64,000 bases of DNA from a bacterium (GCA_963675755.2 CAXXMD010000003.1:672001-736000); one strand, 5' to 3'. Positions 51,959-62,834 are shown, numbered from the stretch's first letter. Numbers and translations are program-made. The notes: generated from the letters alone by a model not told the origin.

Positions 51959-52852
51959 TCAATCCAAATACCGCACATCAGCCAGCATGCGCGGGGGTAC
52001 TTTTTTAAACGAGTATTTGGGGTATCCCAGCGTTACGCTGGCATAGACATTCCGGCCCGGATCGAGCCCCAGCAGTTGCCGGATCTCCGGCATGCGGTTA
52101 CAGACCGGGGGAACCAGATCGTTAAAGCAAGTACCTATACCCAGTGTCTGCGCCATCATGATGACATGAAAAGCCGCAATCAGACAGTTCTCTGCGCCAA
52201 CCGGTTCATGTTTGGGTGCATGGAACAGCATGATTGCCGGACTGTCACGCAAGATCTCGTTGCTTTTGCCCTCCCGGTACCATTTGATATACCAGTGCAT
52301 GCCCGGCAGCACAAAATCTTTTAATGTACTGTATTTTTCTATACCAACTTTTCGTTTTATAAAAAACCGGGCGACAGGATTTTTAAACGCTTTGATCAAT
52401 CCCTCATACATATCATAACTCAATTCAGAAAGCCGGGCAAGCTTTTCGGGATCATCGACAATAATCACTCCCGTAGTGGTGCTTCCTGATCCGGTTGGAG
52501 CGGTTTGTGCCGCATCCACCAGTTTGTTAATAATCTCGCGCGGCACCCGCTTGTCTTTGTACTTTCGCACTGAACGTCTTTGCTTCATCAACGTTAGCAA
52601 TGAATTACTGTCCACGTCCATTGTTCGAAGCGGTTCATAATCATCAGCAAACATCCCGTTCAGAGAAATAGCGTTATTAGGACAAACGGCAACGCAATGT
52701 CCGCACTCCATGCACAAATGTATACGCTCCGGTGAAATTTGGGTATATTTTTCATCTTTTTGTTTTACAATTTCCGGTATATGGCGTGGGCAAATTTGTC
52801 CGCATATACCGCAAGCAATACACAAGGTTTTATCGATTTGAACGTTGTACAT
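51959..52852 (-). CDS. Nitroreductase with N-terminal 2x[4Fe-4S] domain
   Basis: CIACGICGQICP, CMECGHCVAVCP, RRSVRKY, LGIGTC. Confidence 0.9.
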   Translation of the reverse strand: MYNVQIDKTLCIACGICGQICPRHIPEIVKQKDEKYTQISPERIHLCMECGHCVAVCPNNAISLNGMFADDYEPLRTMDVDSNSLLTLMKQRRSVRKYKDKRVPREIINKLVDAAQTAPTGSGSTTTGVIIVDDPEKLARLSELSYDMYEGLIKAFKNPVARFFIKRKVGIEKYSTLKDFVLPGMHWYIKWYREGKSNEILRDSPAIMLFHAPKHEPVGAENCLIAAFHVIMMAQTLGIGTCFNDLVPPVCNRMPEIRQLLGLDPGRNVYASVTLGYPKYSFKKVPPRMLADVRYLD

Positions 52853-52929
52853 AACGCCTCCAAACAACGGATTAAAAAGATTTTTACAAATAGAATCCCA
52901 AGATCAATTATCTAAACAATCCTGGGTTT

Positions 52930-53907
52930 CTATTTAACATCCTTTGCAAAGTTGATCATGACCTGTCGTATTCTTTTTATGATTCCGGGAGACGGTAAAG
53001 ATTCGACTCCCAATATCATTAATGAAAAATTATCAGCAAGGGTCTCTTCCGGATGGATGACATATTCTGTATTATGCCCAACCTGCTCATAAAATCCTTC
53101 AAGCTGATCAAACGTTGCCAATTCAGGATTTTGAGGATCATACAACTCGCCGGTCCCGTTAGCATCCGAAGAATAATCAACCATCAGGAACGCTACAAAC
53201 ATATATTTGAAAATATCACCACCTGCTTGCATATTATATTTATCGGTTCGCGAATAGAGTATAGGCACTACCCATTTCTGTTCATCCGCAATACTCACCT
53301 GAATACAATGGTCATTAAAAGGAGCATCGGGATTCGTCATTTTACGGGCCTTTAACATCTCGGGGAATTCGATCTCGCCACAATAGTGAAACCCAATACT
53401 TGCATACAATTGTCTCTTGAGCTGTGGATGCGCGCGGGTAATGACATGAAACAATTCATGCGCCAGAACCTCCTGCATAATGCTGTCAGACAGGGTAAAG
53501 ACCTGGGGTGTAAATACCACTGCATTGCTGCGGGTATAGGGCGAGTCCCCTTCAATCTGGCCATTGGTTTTGATCATCAATATGGAATCCGGCAGCAAAT
53601 CCGCAAATGGAGCCAATGCGGGTTTTATATGTTCAAATACATTTTCCACCTGACGCTGTTCATCAGCTTGCCATGCCATGGCCGCATTGCCCGAGTGTTC
53701 CAGAAACTGTTCCAAGGTTACAGCCTGGTCGGTTTTCATACGAGCCGACATGTCGAACGGACTCAAACATTCAATATATTCATCTTTACATGTCAAGATC
53801 TGCCGCGCTTTTTCTGCTGATGCAAAATACAGATTTTGTCCCTGCGCTTGAAAAATACCTATGAGCAGCAACATCACTATCATTACCAATCGGTTTACTG
53901 CATTCAT
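52930..53907 (-). CDS. Secreted HExxH zinc-metallopeptidase-like protein
   Basis: Signal peptide; LAHELFHV and IHPEETLADNF. Confidence 0.7.
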   Translation of the reverse strand: MNAVNRLVMIVMLLLIGIFQAQGQNLYFASAEKARQILTCKDEYIECLSPFDMSARMKTDQAVTLEQFLEHSGNAAMAWQADEQRQVENVFEHIKPALAPFADLLPDSILMIKTNGQIEGDSPYTRSNAVVFTPQVFTLSDSIMQEVLAHELFHVITRAHPQLKRQLYASIGFHYCGEIEFPEMLKARKMTNPDAPFNDHCIQVSIADEQKWVVPILYSRTDKYNMQAGGDIFKYMFVAFLMVDYSSDANGTGELYDPQNPELATFDQLEGFYEQVGHNTEYVIHPEETLADNFSLMILGVESLPSPGIIKRIRQVMINFAKDVK

Positions 53908-53933
53908 TATCTATTCCCCTGTATTTGACACCC

Positions 53934-54458
53934 CTATTCTTCCGAATCTTTGCCCATAACATCAATGATACGCCCGTTATCCAGACGAATGGGACCGTAA
54001 TATTTATCATCTTGTTCCAGATACGCTTTTAACATATCAAAAATTTTATCGATATGCTGCGCAAGCTGATTCACATCAGCTGTTTTATAATAATCACCTT
54101 CATCATCCACGTTCAATTGTTCAAATTCCGGTTCAATCGCTTGTAAAAACTCACAAACCAACACATGAATCTCAATGGGTGCAAACTGGGTTTTAATGTG
54201 CTCCTGGATGTAATAATCCCTGTCAAACTCTAACCGCAAAGGTTCACAATACTCGTGTGGAAAAAACTGCACTCCCTTTGATGGTCCCGTATAGTCCCAC
54301 GTCTCTTTATTTTTTACACGTTTCAGCGTAGTATGCGTTTCTGAAATCTCTTTGACAGACCACCCCATATCCCTGGCTACAACCTTTGCAGAAGCAATAA
54401 CGCGTTCGTAAGCCTGCTCTCCTTTTAATCGTCCTTCGAAATGAATGGTTACGCCCAT
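53934..54458 (-). CDS. Hypothetical protein
   Basis: GGGAG SD; open frame MGVTIHFEGRL. Confidence 0.7.
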   Translation of the reverse strand: MGVTIHFEGRLKGEQAYERVIASAKVVARDMGWSVKEISETHTTLKRVKNKETWDYTGPSKGVQFFPHEYCEPLRLEFDRDYYIQEHIKTQFAPIEIHVLVCEFLQAIEPEFEQLNVDDEGDYYKTADVNQLAQHIDKIFDMLKAYLEQDDKYYGPIRLDNGRIIDVMGKDSEE

Positions 54459-54472
54459 TGTTTCTCCCCTCG

Positions 54473-55222
54473 TTATTGGATGATATACTCTCCCGTATTT
54501 AAATTTACAGAAATTTCCGGTAATTTGCGATGTTTTTCAAAATATTTGTATCCCTTTTCAAGATTTTTCCAAAATTTAACATCTTTTTTGTCGCTGATCT
54601 TTTCAAAAACCCGCATATGTGTATCATTGAAATGGATTGGAAAAATATGTACGGGTATTTTTTCCTGCCCCTGCGATTTTGCATATACCGCTGTTAAATA
54701 CAATTCCTGAATCTCGTCATCCCAAATGGGAATGCACCCTTTGGTCTGACAACCGCCATGAATGTAAATATCTCCTCCGGGCTTTTCCGGGTCACCCAAA
54801 ATTTTATCGGAAGCATTGGGATAGTTGATCCGTAAAGATAAATAAAATTTGCTGGTTGGATTAAAATTTACAATATGATAAAATCCCTCAGGTATTTGCA
54901 AATCTCCCTCTCGGCGTTTTGGTCCCAGCTTGCCCGAGTTTTTGCAAAACGGCCACGATTTGATAAAACAAAAGGACCCGGTTTCCGTAGATCTGGCCCA
55001 CAATTCAACGGTCTCTTCTTTTTTGAAAATCCGGATAAACATCTCTTTTGGAGGAAATTCCAGGCCCGCCGATTGAAAGGATTTTTCCAAAACCGATAGT
55101 TTAGTGGATTGGGCTTTATGTACACGCTCAAACTGCAATTGATAGTCTAAAAAATCCTTGTCCGTTGCAGATGATTGTGATCCTGGTAAAAATAATAACA
55201 TGATCAAAATTCCCGGTTTCAT
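54473..55222 (-). CDS. YkuD-family L,D-transpeptidase-like protein (YafK/DpaA-like)
   Basis: GPKRREGDLQIPEGFY, YPNASD, IYIHGGCQTKGC. Confidence 0.88.
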   Translation of the reverse strand: MKPGILIMLLFLPGSQSSATDKDFLDYQLQFERVHKAQSTKLSVLEKSFQSAGLEFPPKEMFIRIFKKEETVELWARSTETGSFCFIKSWPFCKNSGKLGPKRREGDLQIPEGFYHIVNFNPTSKFYLSLRINYPNASDKILGDPEKPGGDIYIHGGCQTKGCIPIWDDEIQELYLTAVYAKSQGQEKIPVHIFPIHFNDTHMRVFEKISDKKDVKFWKNLEKGYKYFEKHRKLPEISVNLNTGEYIIQ

Positions 55223-55246
55223 TTTTAGCCCCCCCCCTTGGCCTGC

Positions 55247-55816
55247 TTATCCGTTGAGTATAGTGAGAATTTCAGGATCTTTGCGTTTGGGGACATGGAC
55301 ATTTTGATCGGGATAGCCTATAATAATGGGGGCAACAATTTGACAATCCTCCGGAATGCCCAGGATTTTTACCAGATCAGGATCTTTGATAACCCCGCCC
55401 AGGTTCACCCAGCAGGTACCCAAACCTCTGTCTGCCGCACCCATCATAAAATAGCTTGCAGCCAAGGTACAATCGATCTGTACATTTTTCAAATGCGACA
55501 GGCCCAAAACCAGAACCAGGCAAGGCGCATTGTAATACACATTATATGCAGGATTGCTTAGCATGGTATCATATTTTTTTGCATAATTATCAGGATTCGC
55601 GCGGATACGTTCCAGGATGTTTTTCTTGCTATCGTCAGACATGCGTAGCATTAATGCTTTATCCTGAACAACAATAAATTTCCACGGCTGTTCATTCCCT
55701 GCGTTCGGAGCCAACGTACTCTCGGTAATCAATTCTTTGATGGTTTCCATAGGTACGGATTTGTCCTGATATTTCCGTATGGAACGTCGTGCTGTCAATA
55801 ACTCTTTATATGTCAA
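55247..55816 (-). CDS. Nitroreductase family protein
   Basis: RRSIRKY, APNAGNEQPW, GLGTCW. Confidence 0.9.
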   Translation of the reverse strand: MTYKELLTARRSIRKYQDKSVPMETIKELITESTLAPNAGNEQPWKFIVVQDKALMLRMSDDSKKNILERIRANPDNYAKKYDTMLSNPAYNVYYNAPCLVLVLGLSHLKNVQIDCTLAASYFMMGAADRGLGTCWVNLGGVIKDPDLVKILGIPEDCQIVAPIIIGYPDQNVHVPKRKDPEILTILNG

Positions 55817-55846
55817 AACAGATTCCTTTCGGTATTTAGAGTTGAA

Positions 55847-56722
55847 TCATTCCCGCTCTTTTCTATTTACCGCAATAACAACCCAGGAATGTGTATTGTG
55901 CAGCAAGGCAGTATTAATTTCCAGATCACCCAATTGAAACATCCCCGGCTCAATACCTGTTTTTACTTCAAGAGATTCATCTTCCAGTTTTACCGTCTCG
56001 GCAAGGTTGATCTTTTCAGAAACAATGATGCCGGTCTGCCCCTTGTCCAGACGCTGCTGCCAGTTGTCACGAAACTGACCCGCAGGCACCAGTGCGTTTT
56101 CAAATATAACAAATTGATTAAAATGGGATTGCATCAACGTATCCATTTCGTAAAAAGAGAATCCATGATCTCCCAACAACTCGCTGTTAGGTGTACCTAA
56201 AATGATCAGTCCGCCTTTTTTGGTCACTCTTGCAAGCTCTTTAATGGCATCGTGTTCCTTGTTATACTCTTTAATGTGTTCCAAAACCTCACTGCAAATT
56301 AGCACATCAAATTGATTGTCAGCATAGTGTTTCAAATCGGTAATACTTTGCAAGCTGAAATGGATATCACGGTATCTGTTTTTAGCAAAACGGATAGCGT
56401 GTTTGGATACATCCGCGCCAAAGACCGCTTTGGCACCAGCCTGCAGCATCATATCCGAACCATAACCGCTGCCGCAGCCTATATCGGCTACTGTTTTTTC
56501 TTTTACAAATTGAGAAACAAAAATATAAAATTTACGATGGTTCAAATAATTGTTAATATCATTCTGTGTTGGGGCACGTTTTAAACCTCTCCGGTTAATA
56601 CACAGCCCATCCGGATAAACTCGTATATAATCTTCCCAATAATATTTACCGGTCAACCTGCCTATAAAATGGCCAAAAGCATCCCATAATTTTAATAAAA
56701 GCATTTTCATGTCTGGTACCAA
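55847..56722 (-). CDS. Class I SAM-dependent methyltransferase
   Basis: VADIGCGSGYG, FDVLICSEVLEH. Confidence 0.88.
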   Translation of the reverse strand: MVPDMKMLLLKLWDAFGHFIGRLTGKYYWEDYIRVYPDGLCINRRGLKRAPTQNDINNYLNHRKFYIFVSQFVKEKTVADIGCGSGYGSDMMLQAGAKAVFGADVSKHAIRFAKNRYRDIHFSLQSITDLKHYADNQFDVLICSEVLEHIKEYNKEHDAIKELARVTKKGGLIILGTPNSELLGDHGFSFYEMDTLMQSHFNQFVIFENALVPAGQFRDNWQQRLDKGQTGIIVSEKINLAETVKLEDESLEVKTGIEPGMFQLGDLEINTALLHNTHSWVVIAVNRKERE

Positions 56723-56853
56723 TCCATGTATTCAATATTTACTACGTGACTTTGTAAAACAAGTAACATTTTTTTTGAGAGCGTATTATTCTATAATTAG
56801 ACAAGTTGGTAATATTTGAATATTATCAACTCGAAAACCCATGAAATAGAAAC

Positions 56854-56881
56854 AAAAAATGCCGGAGGGACATCCGGCATT
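56854..56881 (-). terminator. Intrinsic terminator of the HU gene
   Basis: AATGCCGGA-ggga-caTCCGGCATT with A6 tract. Confidence 0.75.
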
Positions 56882-56890
56882 ATATAAAAA

Positions 56891-57163
56891 TTATTTATTT
56901 ACAGCATCTTTGAGTGCTTTTCCGGGTACGAATTTCGGTACTGTTTTGGCTGCAATTTGAATGGTTTGACCGGTCAGGGGATTACGTCCCTGTCTTGCGG
57001 GTTTGTCTACAACTTTAAAAGTTCCAAATCCAATCAATGGTACAGATTCACCGGCTTTTAATGCCTCGGTAATGGTGGAGAGAACTTTGTCAACAGCTTC
57101 TTTTGCTGATTTTTTAGTCCCCGTAACTTCAGCAACCTTGGTAACAAGTTCAGCTTTATTCAT
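56891..57163 (-). CDS. hup: DNA-binding protein HU
   Basis: MNKAELV, GFGTF, ARQGRNPLTG, PKFVPGKALKDAV. Confidence 0.95.
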   Translation of the reverse strand: MNKAELVTKVAEVTGTKKSAKEAVDKVLSTITEALKAGESVPLIGFGTFKVVDKPARQGRNPLTGQTIQIAAKTVPKFVPGKALKDAVNK

Positions 57164-57399
57164 TCAGCCCTCCTTGAAAAATAATGATGTGCCTCCCCCT
57201 GACAGAGTCAGCACGATTGCAGGATGCGCTTTAGCGCATCTCGTTAAATACTCCTTTATGATGCTTCAGCTTGCATCCTAAGGACTGGTATATTCAAATA
57301 AGGGATTTTTTTTAGAAACAATCAAGCAATTTATCATTTTTTTCTTACATAATTGGAAAACCATAAGAAAATTCTCAATTATTTTATCATATTCACCTG

Positions 57400-58200
57400 T
57401 TATTTACGGATACTGGCTAGAAAAGCTTTACCTTGGTCTTTTTTATTCTGTCTCTCAAAGGCATTATGTGTCCAGTTTAGTATATCTTCAATATAGTAAC
57501 TATCCGGATATGTATTGATAAAATCTAATACTGAATCTTTAATCAATTCAGTATCTGTATTGGTTTTATCCTGCAGCAGCGTAAATACATTGCTGTAAGA
57601 AGCAATCTCCGAGTAGACACTATTGGGAAACGTATTAGTCAAACTATCCAGACAGTTTATGAATTTTTGATAATTGTTATTCTTTTTCGCAGTATAACCC
57701 ATTTTCAACAATTCAAAGGCTTCTTTGTCATCACCTTCGGGCTCAACAACTGTAAATGAAAGAGTATCCTTTTCAAACTTTTGAATCGGTCCTTTAATGT
57801 TTACTTTATATATTCCGGGAGGTAAATACATCATGTAAAAATCTTTATACCACTCATCTTCTCCAAAGTCTTTAAGCAGATTCAAATCAATTACAGCCAG
57901 GCTGTCCCCTTTTCTCATAGGCTCAGTTTTGCTCCAATCAGCAGTAATACATATATTCGAACTGTAATCTTTATTTAATGTAACATTGTCCAAAACAAGA
58001 AATTGAGTAACCATTAAATTATTCAGACGTGGTCCATATTTGCTATAATTATATAACCTGTAATTAAAAATAACCGGTTCCATTGGCAGATATTGAGATT
58101 TATTTGTAGAGAACACAGTCTCTGTATCAAAAGACCTCGACAAAGCTAACTGAGAAAGAATCAAAACCAACAAGGCTAAATTAAGCACAACTTTTTTCAA
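57400..58200 (-). CDS. Secreted hypothetical protein with TPR-like C-terminus
   Basis: TTG start after GGAGG; signal peptide; FPNSVYS and YPDSYY helix-turn repeats. Confidence 0.65.
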   Translation of the reverse strand: MKKVVLNLALLVLILSQLALSRSFDTETVFSTNKSQYLPMEPVIFNYRLYNYSKYGPRLNNLMVTQFLVLDNVTLNKDYSSNICITADWSKTEPMRKGDSLAVIDLNLLKDFGEDEWYKDFYMMYLPPGIYKVNIKGPIQKFEKDTLSFTVVEPEGDDKEAFELLKMGYTAKKNNNYQKFINCLDSLTNTFPNSVYSEIASYSNVFTLLQDKTNTDTELIKDSVLDFINTYPDSYYIEDILNWTHNAFERQNKKDQGKAFLASIRK

Positions 58201-58381
58201 ATGGACCTCCCGCAAACATTTTTAAAATTGTCTTTTAAAAGCAACAAGGTGATTTACCTGAATCATACAACCACAGGATAAATATTTTTACCAGCAATCA
58301 ATTTCATCAATATTAAATACTCGAGTATTGTTTAATTTTAAACATATATAAATTAATCTGGTTCCCACAATATTTATTATA

Positions 58382-59080
58382 TCAAATGGTATTCGTGTTT
58401 GAATGATGAAATATTATTTTGGGTAGTATTTTTTCAAATTCTTCTTTATATAGTATTTTTGAACTTTTATTATAACCAACAGAGTCTTTTACTTCAGCAT
58501 AGAGTGAAATAAAAATATAATCTTTTCTATTTTCCGGAAAATGTAAATACAAATACGCATAATTATTTCTACCGGCACCCATTGTAATATAGCTTAACCG
58601 ATAAAAATCTTTTCCTTCAATATTTAAAGAATCAAATGACATCTCTTTTGACAAGCTATACATTCCAGTGTTTACACCATATTCAATCATCCCATCAATT
58701 TCATGCTGCGCATATTCCCTGGCTAACTGATCTATTGGTATATCTTTAACCAATGAAACTTCCAGGGGCTGAATTTGAAAAGACATTTCAAATGTATTAT
58801 TGATATGTTCTTTATTAATACTTATAACCTGATAATCTCCTCCAATCACATTCAAAAACCAGCCTTCAAGAAACCCACTTGCATCAGCTTTATTTAAATC
58901 AAGGGTATAATTCTCCATTTCCACACAGACGTCTGAAGAATCAATTCTTACTCCTTTACCGGAAAAACATCCAACCAACGATAAAGAACAAATCAGAATA
59001 ACAAGTACAATTTTATGTGAGAACAACCTGGTTATATTGTTTGTGTTGCAATTAAAGTTTTTTATAATTTTTCTCATCAT
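58382..59080 (-). CDS. Hypothetical lipoprotein
   Basis: Lipobox LVGC. Confidence 0.65.
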   Translation of the reverse strand: MMRKIIKNFNCNTNNITRLFSHKIVLVILICSLSLVGCFSGKGVRIDSSDVCVEMENYTLDLNKADASGFLEGWFLNVIGGDYQVISINKEHINNTFEMSFQIQPLEVSLVKDIPIDQLAREYAQHEIDGMIEYGVNTGMYSLSKEMSFDSLNIEGKDFYRLSYITMGAGRNNYAYLYLHFPENRKDYIFISLYAEVKDSVGYNKSSKILYKEEFEKILPKIIFHHSNTNTI

Positions 59081-59157
59081 ACTTCCCCTTTTTTTAATTA
59101 ATAAATCATCCGCTACCTGGAGTTTCCCTTGTTATACCCACCAGATACTACAAAAAA

Positions 59158-59673
59158 CTAGTCATCCCCTGGCTTGAGAAGAAAAAAATTAGATATAGAA
59201 TAGACCAGAATCATTTGTTTATTAGGAAAATATTTATAAGCCAACTCATCCGCGAGTTTGGTCAGTTCCGCATCAATCTCTTCCCGTAAGACACTAAAAT
59301 CACTAACAGAAATCTCTTTACGATTCAATATTTTCCGAACTGTAATTCCTCGTGCTTCAACCATGAAACGCTGCATCATATCTTTATATGTATCTGTATT
59401 ATAAGACTTGAAAGATTTTGGTTTATCGAATGATTGAATAGATACTACAAGATTATATAAACCCTTTTCAGCAATTTCAACACTAACAACCACATTTTCA
59501 GAATAACGGTCATACCCGGAAGAATAAAAACTAGAACTAATACTGGGCATAGCAGTTGCGGAAAATAACAGTACACATGCAATGATTGTTAAAGAATCTT
59601 TAATCATGGCAGCCTCCCTAATTTGGTTTTTCAAGATAAAACCTTTAATGAGTTGACTGTATGATTGTTCCAT
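59158..59673 (-). CDS. Hypothetical exported protein
   Basis: Likely start MIKDSL after GGAGG; hydrophobic N-terminus. Confidence 0.6.
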   Translation of the reverse strand: MEQSYSQLIKGFILKNQIREAAMIKDSLTIIACVLLFSATAMPSISSSFYSSGYDRYSENVVVSVEIAEKGLYNLVVSIQSFDKPKSFKSYNTDTYKDMMQRFMVEARGITVRKILNRKEISVSDFSVLREEIDAELTKLADELAYKYFPNKQMILVYSISNFFLLKPGDD

Positions 59674-59750
59674 TTTAAATGCCTGTTATGTTTAATACAC
59701 AACAGGCATTAATTAATCTGACTTGAATCCAGGGATAGAATTTATTATTG

Positions 59751-61601
59751 TTATTCCCCACTCAACCGGGTTACCAGTTCCAGCTTGTCATCTTGAACAG
59801 TATACGCAGGTATGCGGATCTCGATCCGTTTCAGGCCCTCAATTTGCTTATCAAGCTCCATGGGAGCTGGATTCAGCGAGATCACAGATACCATTAATTC
59901 AGGATGCGACAAGGTCTCCAGCTTTAATGATTTTCCGTTCTGTGTTAATACCGCACCCCCATCAACAATCTCTACATCGGCTTTGGTGATAAGCTGCCAT
60001 ACAATGCTTTCAGTGGAATCGGTCAGCACAATTTCATCTTTAATGGTCAAAGACGCAGGAGTATCTTGAATAAATGTACGCTCTGCACTTTTCACACAAG
60101 CTCCCAATGTGGGCTGCATATCCAGTGTTGCTGTGGGAGTATCACCGGTTTTTAAATCGAGCAGATAACAGCGTCCGTCTACCTGGTGCGGCAGATTGTT
60201 CACTGTAATGGTACTGTGGCCGTGGTTTCCTTTGGTCAGCAGCGTCCATCGTTGTGAGCCCTGTTTGTGACTCCACAAGTCGAATCCTGTTTTTTCCAGA
60301 TGATAATAGTCCTGATTACCAGGATCAACCACCCAGCGTTCACCATCCAGTTCAAAGACAAAAGACCCAATATCCATATTGCCATGATTGTCTCCGGCAC
60401 GCCCACCTTTGGTGGCTAAATAGAATTGACGCGGATCTTCTTTTCCTCCCTGAAATACCACAACCGGGGTCCTTCCCGAATCTGCATAGACATTGGGAAT
60501 CTGTGTTTCGCTTTTTTCATTAAATTGAGACAACCAAACCAGACCTGCACCGCCTAACCGGGAAATACCACCCATCTCTTTTGCGGGACGTAAAAACCGG
60601 TCTTTTTGATAAAAGGCAGCATTACCCGTTTGTACAGCAAACCAGGCCAAAAAGATATCTCCGTTTTTGCTGCTATAATCACCACAATCACCATAGTTAA
60701 AATATTGGCCGGATGGCGCCTCCATTACTATTTTGAACATGGCGCTTTCTTTTAATCCGCGATAATCGGCAAGGCCAAAATCTGTGCCCAACGCGCTTTG
60801 CAGCATAGACGCAGTCATGACAGTAAATCCGGTACCGTATCCCCAATAGGTTGCACCCTCGGGATAAACACCATCGGCACCGTATTCTTTTAAAGCATGC
60901 GGCATATTGTCGAGCGCGCGAGAGATGGTGTTTGATGCCAGCTCGGGATCAATCTCGGCAATTTCAATAGCAGCAGCCACCATTCCGCAATGGCAGACCT
61001 GGTTCCAATTGTTGATACCATAGATCCAGGTTACTCCGGGTACAAAACTGGGCATCAATCCCTTTTTGATGAGCGCCACATGTGCTGAATCTATAGTTGC
61101 CTGCGGCAGGTCACCGTCAGTCCAGTCCAGTGCAAGAGCAACACCCAAAGCCATCTCGGAAACATCCAAAAAGTGAGACGGGTTCCAATCCGTAAAACTG
61201 CAAACCGCCTGCAATTCCTGGTCTATACGATCTAATGCTTTTTTATCTTTTTCAACATAATACACCATACCCAGCATGTTCATACGATTTAAAAATCGTC
61301 GCGACACTGACAAGAGTCGTTTACCCGTCATAACCCGCTCGAGCAAAGGCTGATCATAAATATTATCTGCGCTATACTTGATGCCCTTGTACACATTCTG
61401 CACAACCGGATCAGATTTTAATTTCTTTTTGAGAATCTTTTCATTTTTGGGATTCAGGACCAGGCGAGGGCGCTTTTTCTCTAAATGTTTTTTCAGGTAC
61501 TTTACCGACATGGGATTTTCAAGCAGCGGCATATCAACCTGCGCCACAGCGTTAAAACCGAATACCAAAAGAATACATACTGACAATACTGTTTTTTTCA
61601 A
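59751..61601 (-). CDS. Heparinase II/III-like polysaccharide lyase
   Basis: RPRL, WNPSHFLD, NNWNQVC, YPEGATYWGY, NHGNMDIGSF, GHSTITVN. Confidence 0.88.
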   Translation of the reverse strand: MKKTVLSVCILLVFGFNAVAQVDMPLLENPMSVKYLKKHLEKKRPRLVLNPKNEKILKKKLKSDPVVQNVYKGIKYSADNIYDQPLLERVMTGKRLLSVSRRFLNRMNMLGMVYYVEKDKKALDRIDQELQAVCSFTDWNPSHFLDVSEMALGVALALDWTDGDLPQATIDSAHVALIKKGLMPSFVPGVTWIYGINNWNQVCHCGMVAAAIEIAEIDPELASNTISRALDNMPHALKEYGADGVYPEGATYWGYGTGFTVMTASMLQSALGTDFGLADYRGLKESAMFKIVMEAPSGQYFNYGDCGDYSSKNGDIFLAWFAVQTGNAAFYQKDRFLRPAKEMGGISRLGGAGLVWLSQFNEKSETQIPNVYADSGRTPVVVFQGGKEDPRQFYLATKGGRAGDNHGNMDIGSFVFELDGERWVVDPGNQDYYHLEKTGFDLWSHKQGSQRWTLLTKGNHGHSTITVNNLPHQVDGRCYLLDLKTGDTPTATLDMQPTLGACVKSAERTFIQDTPASLTIKDEIVLTDSTESIVWQLITKADVEIVDGGAVLTQNGKSLKLETLSHPELMVSVISLNPAPMELDKQIEGLKRIEIRIPAYTVQDDKLELVTRLSGE

Positions 61602-61697
61602 TTTTCCGTCCTGTGTTTGGGTGAATAGATATTTTGAATTTTAAACTGTAAAACCACAAAAGCTCAAAGAATAATATTGTCAAATTTAAAATACAAA

Positions 61698-62612
61698 TTA
61701 TAATTTTGATACATTATTTTTAATATATTTCTTAATTTGAAAATATGTGGGGGCTAATTCGGTATTTTTTTTAAAGACCTCAAAATTCTCAAAAGCCTTA
61801 TCAACTCCAACAAATGTACTGTATTCCAAGCATGAAGAACAAAAAATTTCATATAAATGAACATATGAATAAATTATTCCCATATTAATATTATATATAG
61901 AAATATCTGACAATACTGTTGGGTCCGAATGTATGTTCCAACTTAAAACAGGAAATATTTCAATATATAAATCTTCTAAATCACAAAATTTTGTAATTTT
62001 ATTATCAATCAGTTTAGCTCTATCCTTCACATTTAAATCAGACCAATGATCAGGATAGACAAGTTTCCCCTTTGGATTTCTTTCCTTTTTCCACAAATTA
62101 ATAATTTTATTTTCAACACTATCCGTATTCTTATCTATAAAATCACTTTGTAAATCTTTTTCCTTTTTAACGTCTATTTTATTCTGATAATGATGTACTA
62201 TTTTTTGAGCATATTTCAATTTTGCTATATTATTGTAAAAACCATATTTTTCAATATCATCTTCTATCACCTTATTAATTATTAATATTAAATCAATATA
62301 TAATTCAAAACATGTTCTTGTTATAGAGGCTATTGTTTGAAAATCCTTAATATCATTTAATTTTACTGTTGATTTAATTAATATATACATACGCAAAAAA
62401 ATATCCCTTACTACTGCAAATCTATCTTTGGGTTGTATTAAAGGAATTTTCAGGATAACTTTTGTAACAAAATCCTCCAAATACTGGAGAGAACTATAAT
62501 AAGCATCTAAAAATTTTTCAATTTTTCTTTTATCAACATCCAAAATCTCTAGTGGGATATTATACTTCTTGATATTATTTATTATTTCACTTTCAAAATC
62601 TACAATACCCAT
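61698..62612 (-). CDS. DUF5677-like (HEPN-like) protein, very AT-rich
   Basis: ITRTCFE, HWSD...DRA, LY...LSWNIHS pattern. Confidence 0.55.
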   Translation of the reverse strand: MGIVDFESEIINNIKKYNIPLEILDVDKRKIEKFLDAYYSSLQYLEDFVTKVILKIPLIQPKDRFAVVRDIFLRMYILIKSTVKLNDIKDFQTIASITRTCFELYIDLILIINKVIEDDIEKYGFYNNIAKLKYAQKIVHHYQNKIDVKKEKDLQSDFIDKNTDSVENKIINLWKKERNPKGKLVYPDHWSDLNVKDRAKLIDNKITKFCDLEDLYIEIFPVLSWNIHSDPTVLSDISIYNINMGIIYSYVHLYEIFCSSCLEYSTFVGVDKAFENFEVFKKNTELAPTYFQIKKYIKNNVSKL

Positions 62613-62834
62613 ATATTACCTTGTAATGCAAAAACGTAAAATTATAATAGACCTAAATAAATCACTTATTCCCCAATATACATTCATTAATTTACATTAA
62701 CAATCCCACCCGAAACATGCAAGTAAACAATTATAACTTTATTTTCAGATGAAACAAGAACGGCTCCATTACGTCTATTAGGATGAATAAAACATGCAGT
62801 ATTGTGTTTTAATGATAAACCAAGGAGTATTTAT

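Noticed and set aside
57330-57420. Frameshifted C-terminus of the 57400-58200 gene
   Set aside because: An alternative frame reads plausibly (TGEYDKIIENFL) but cannot be supported without homologues.
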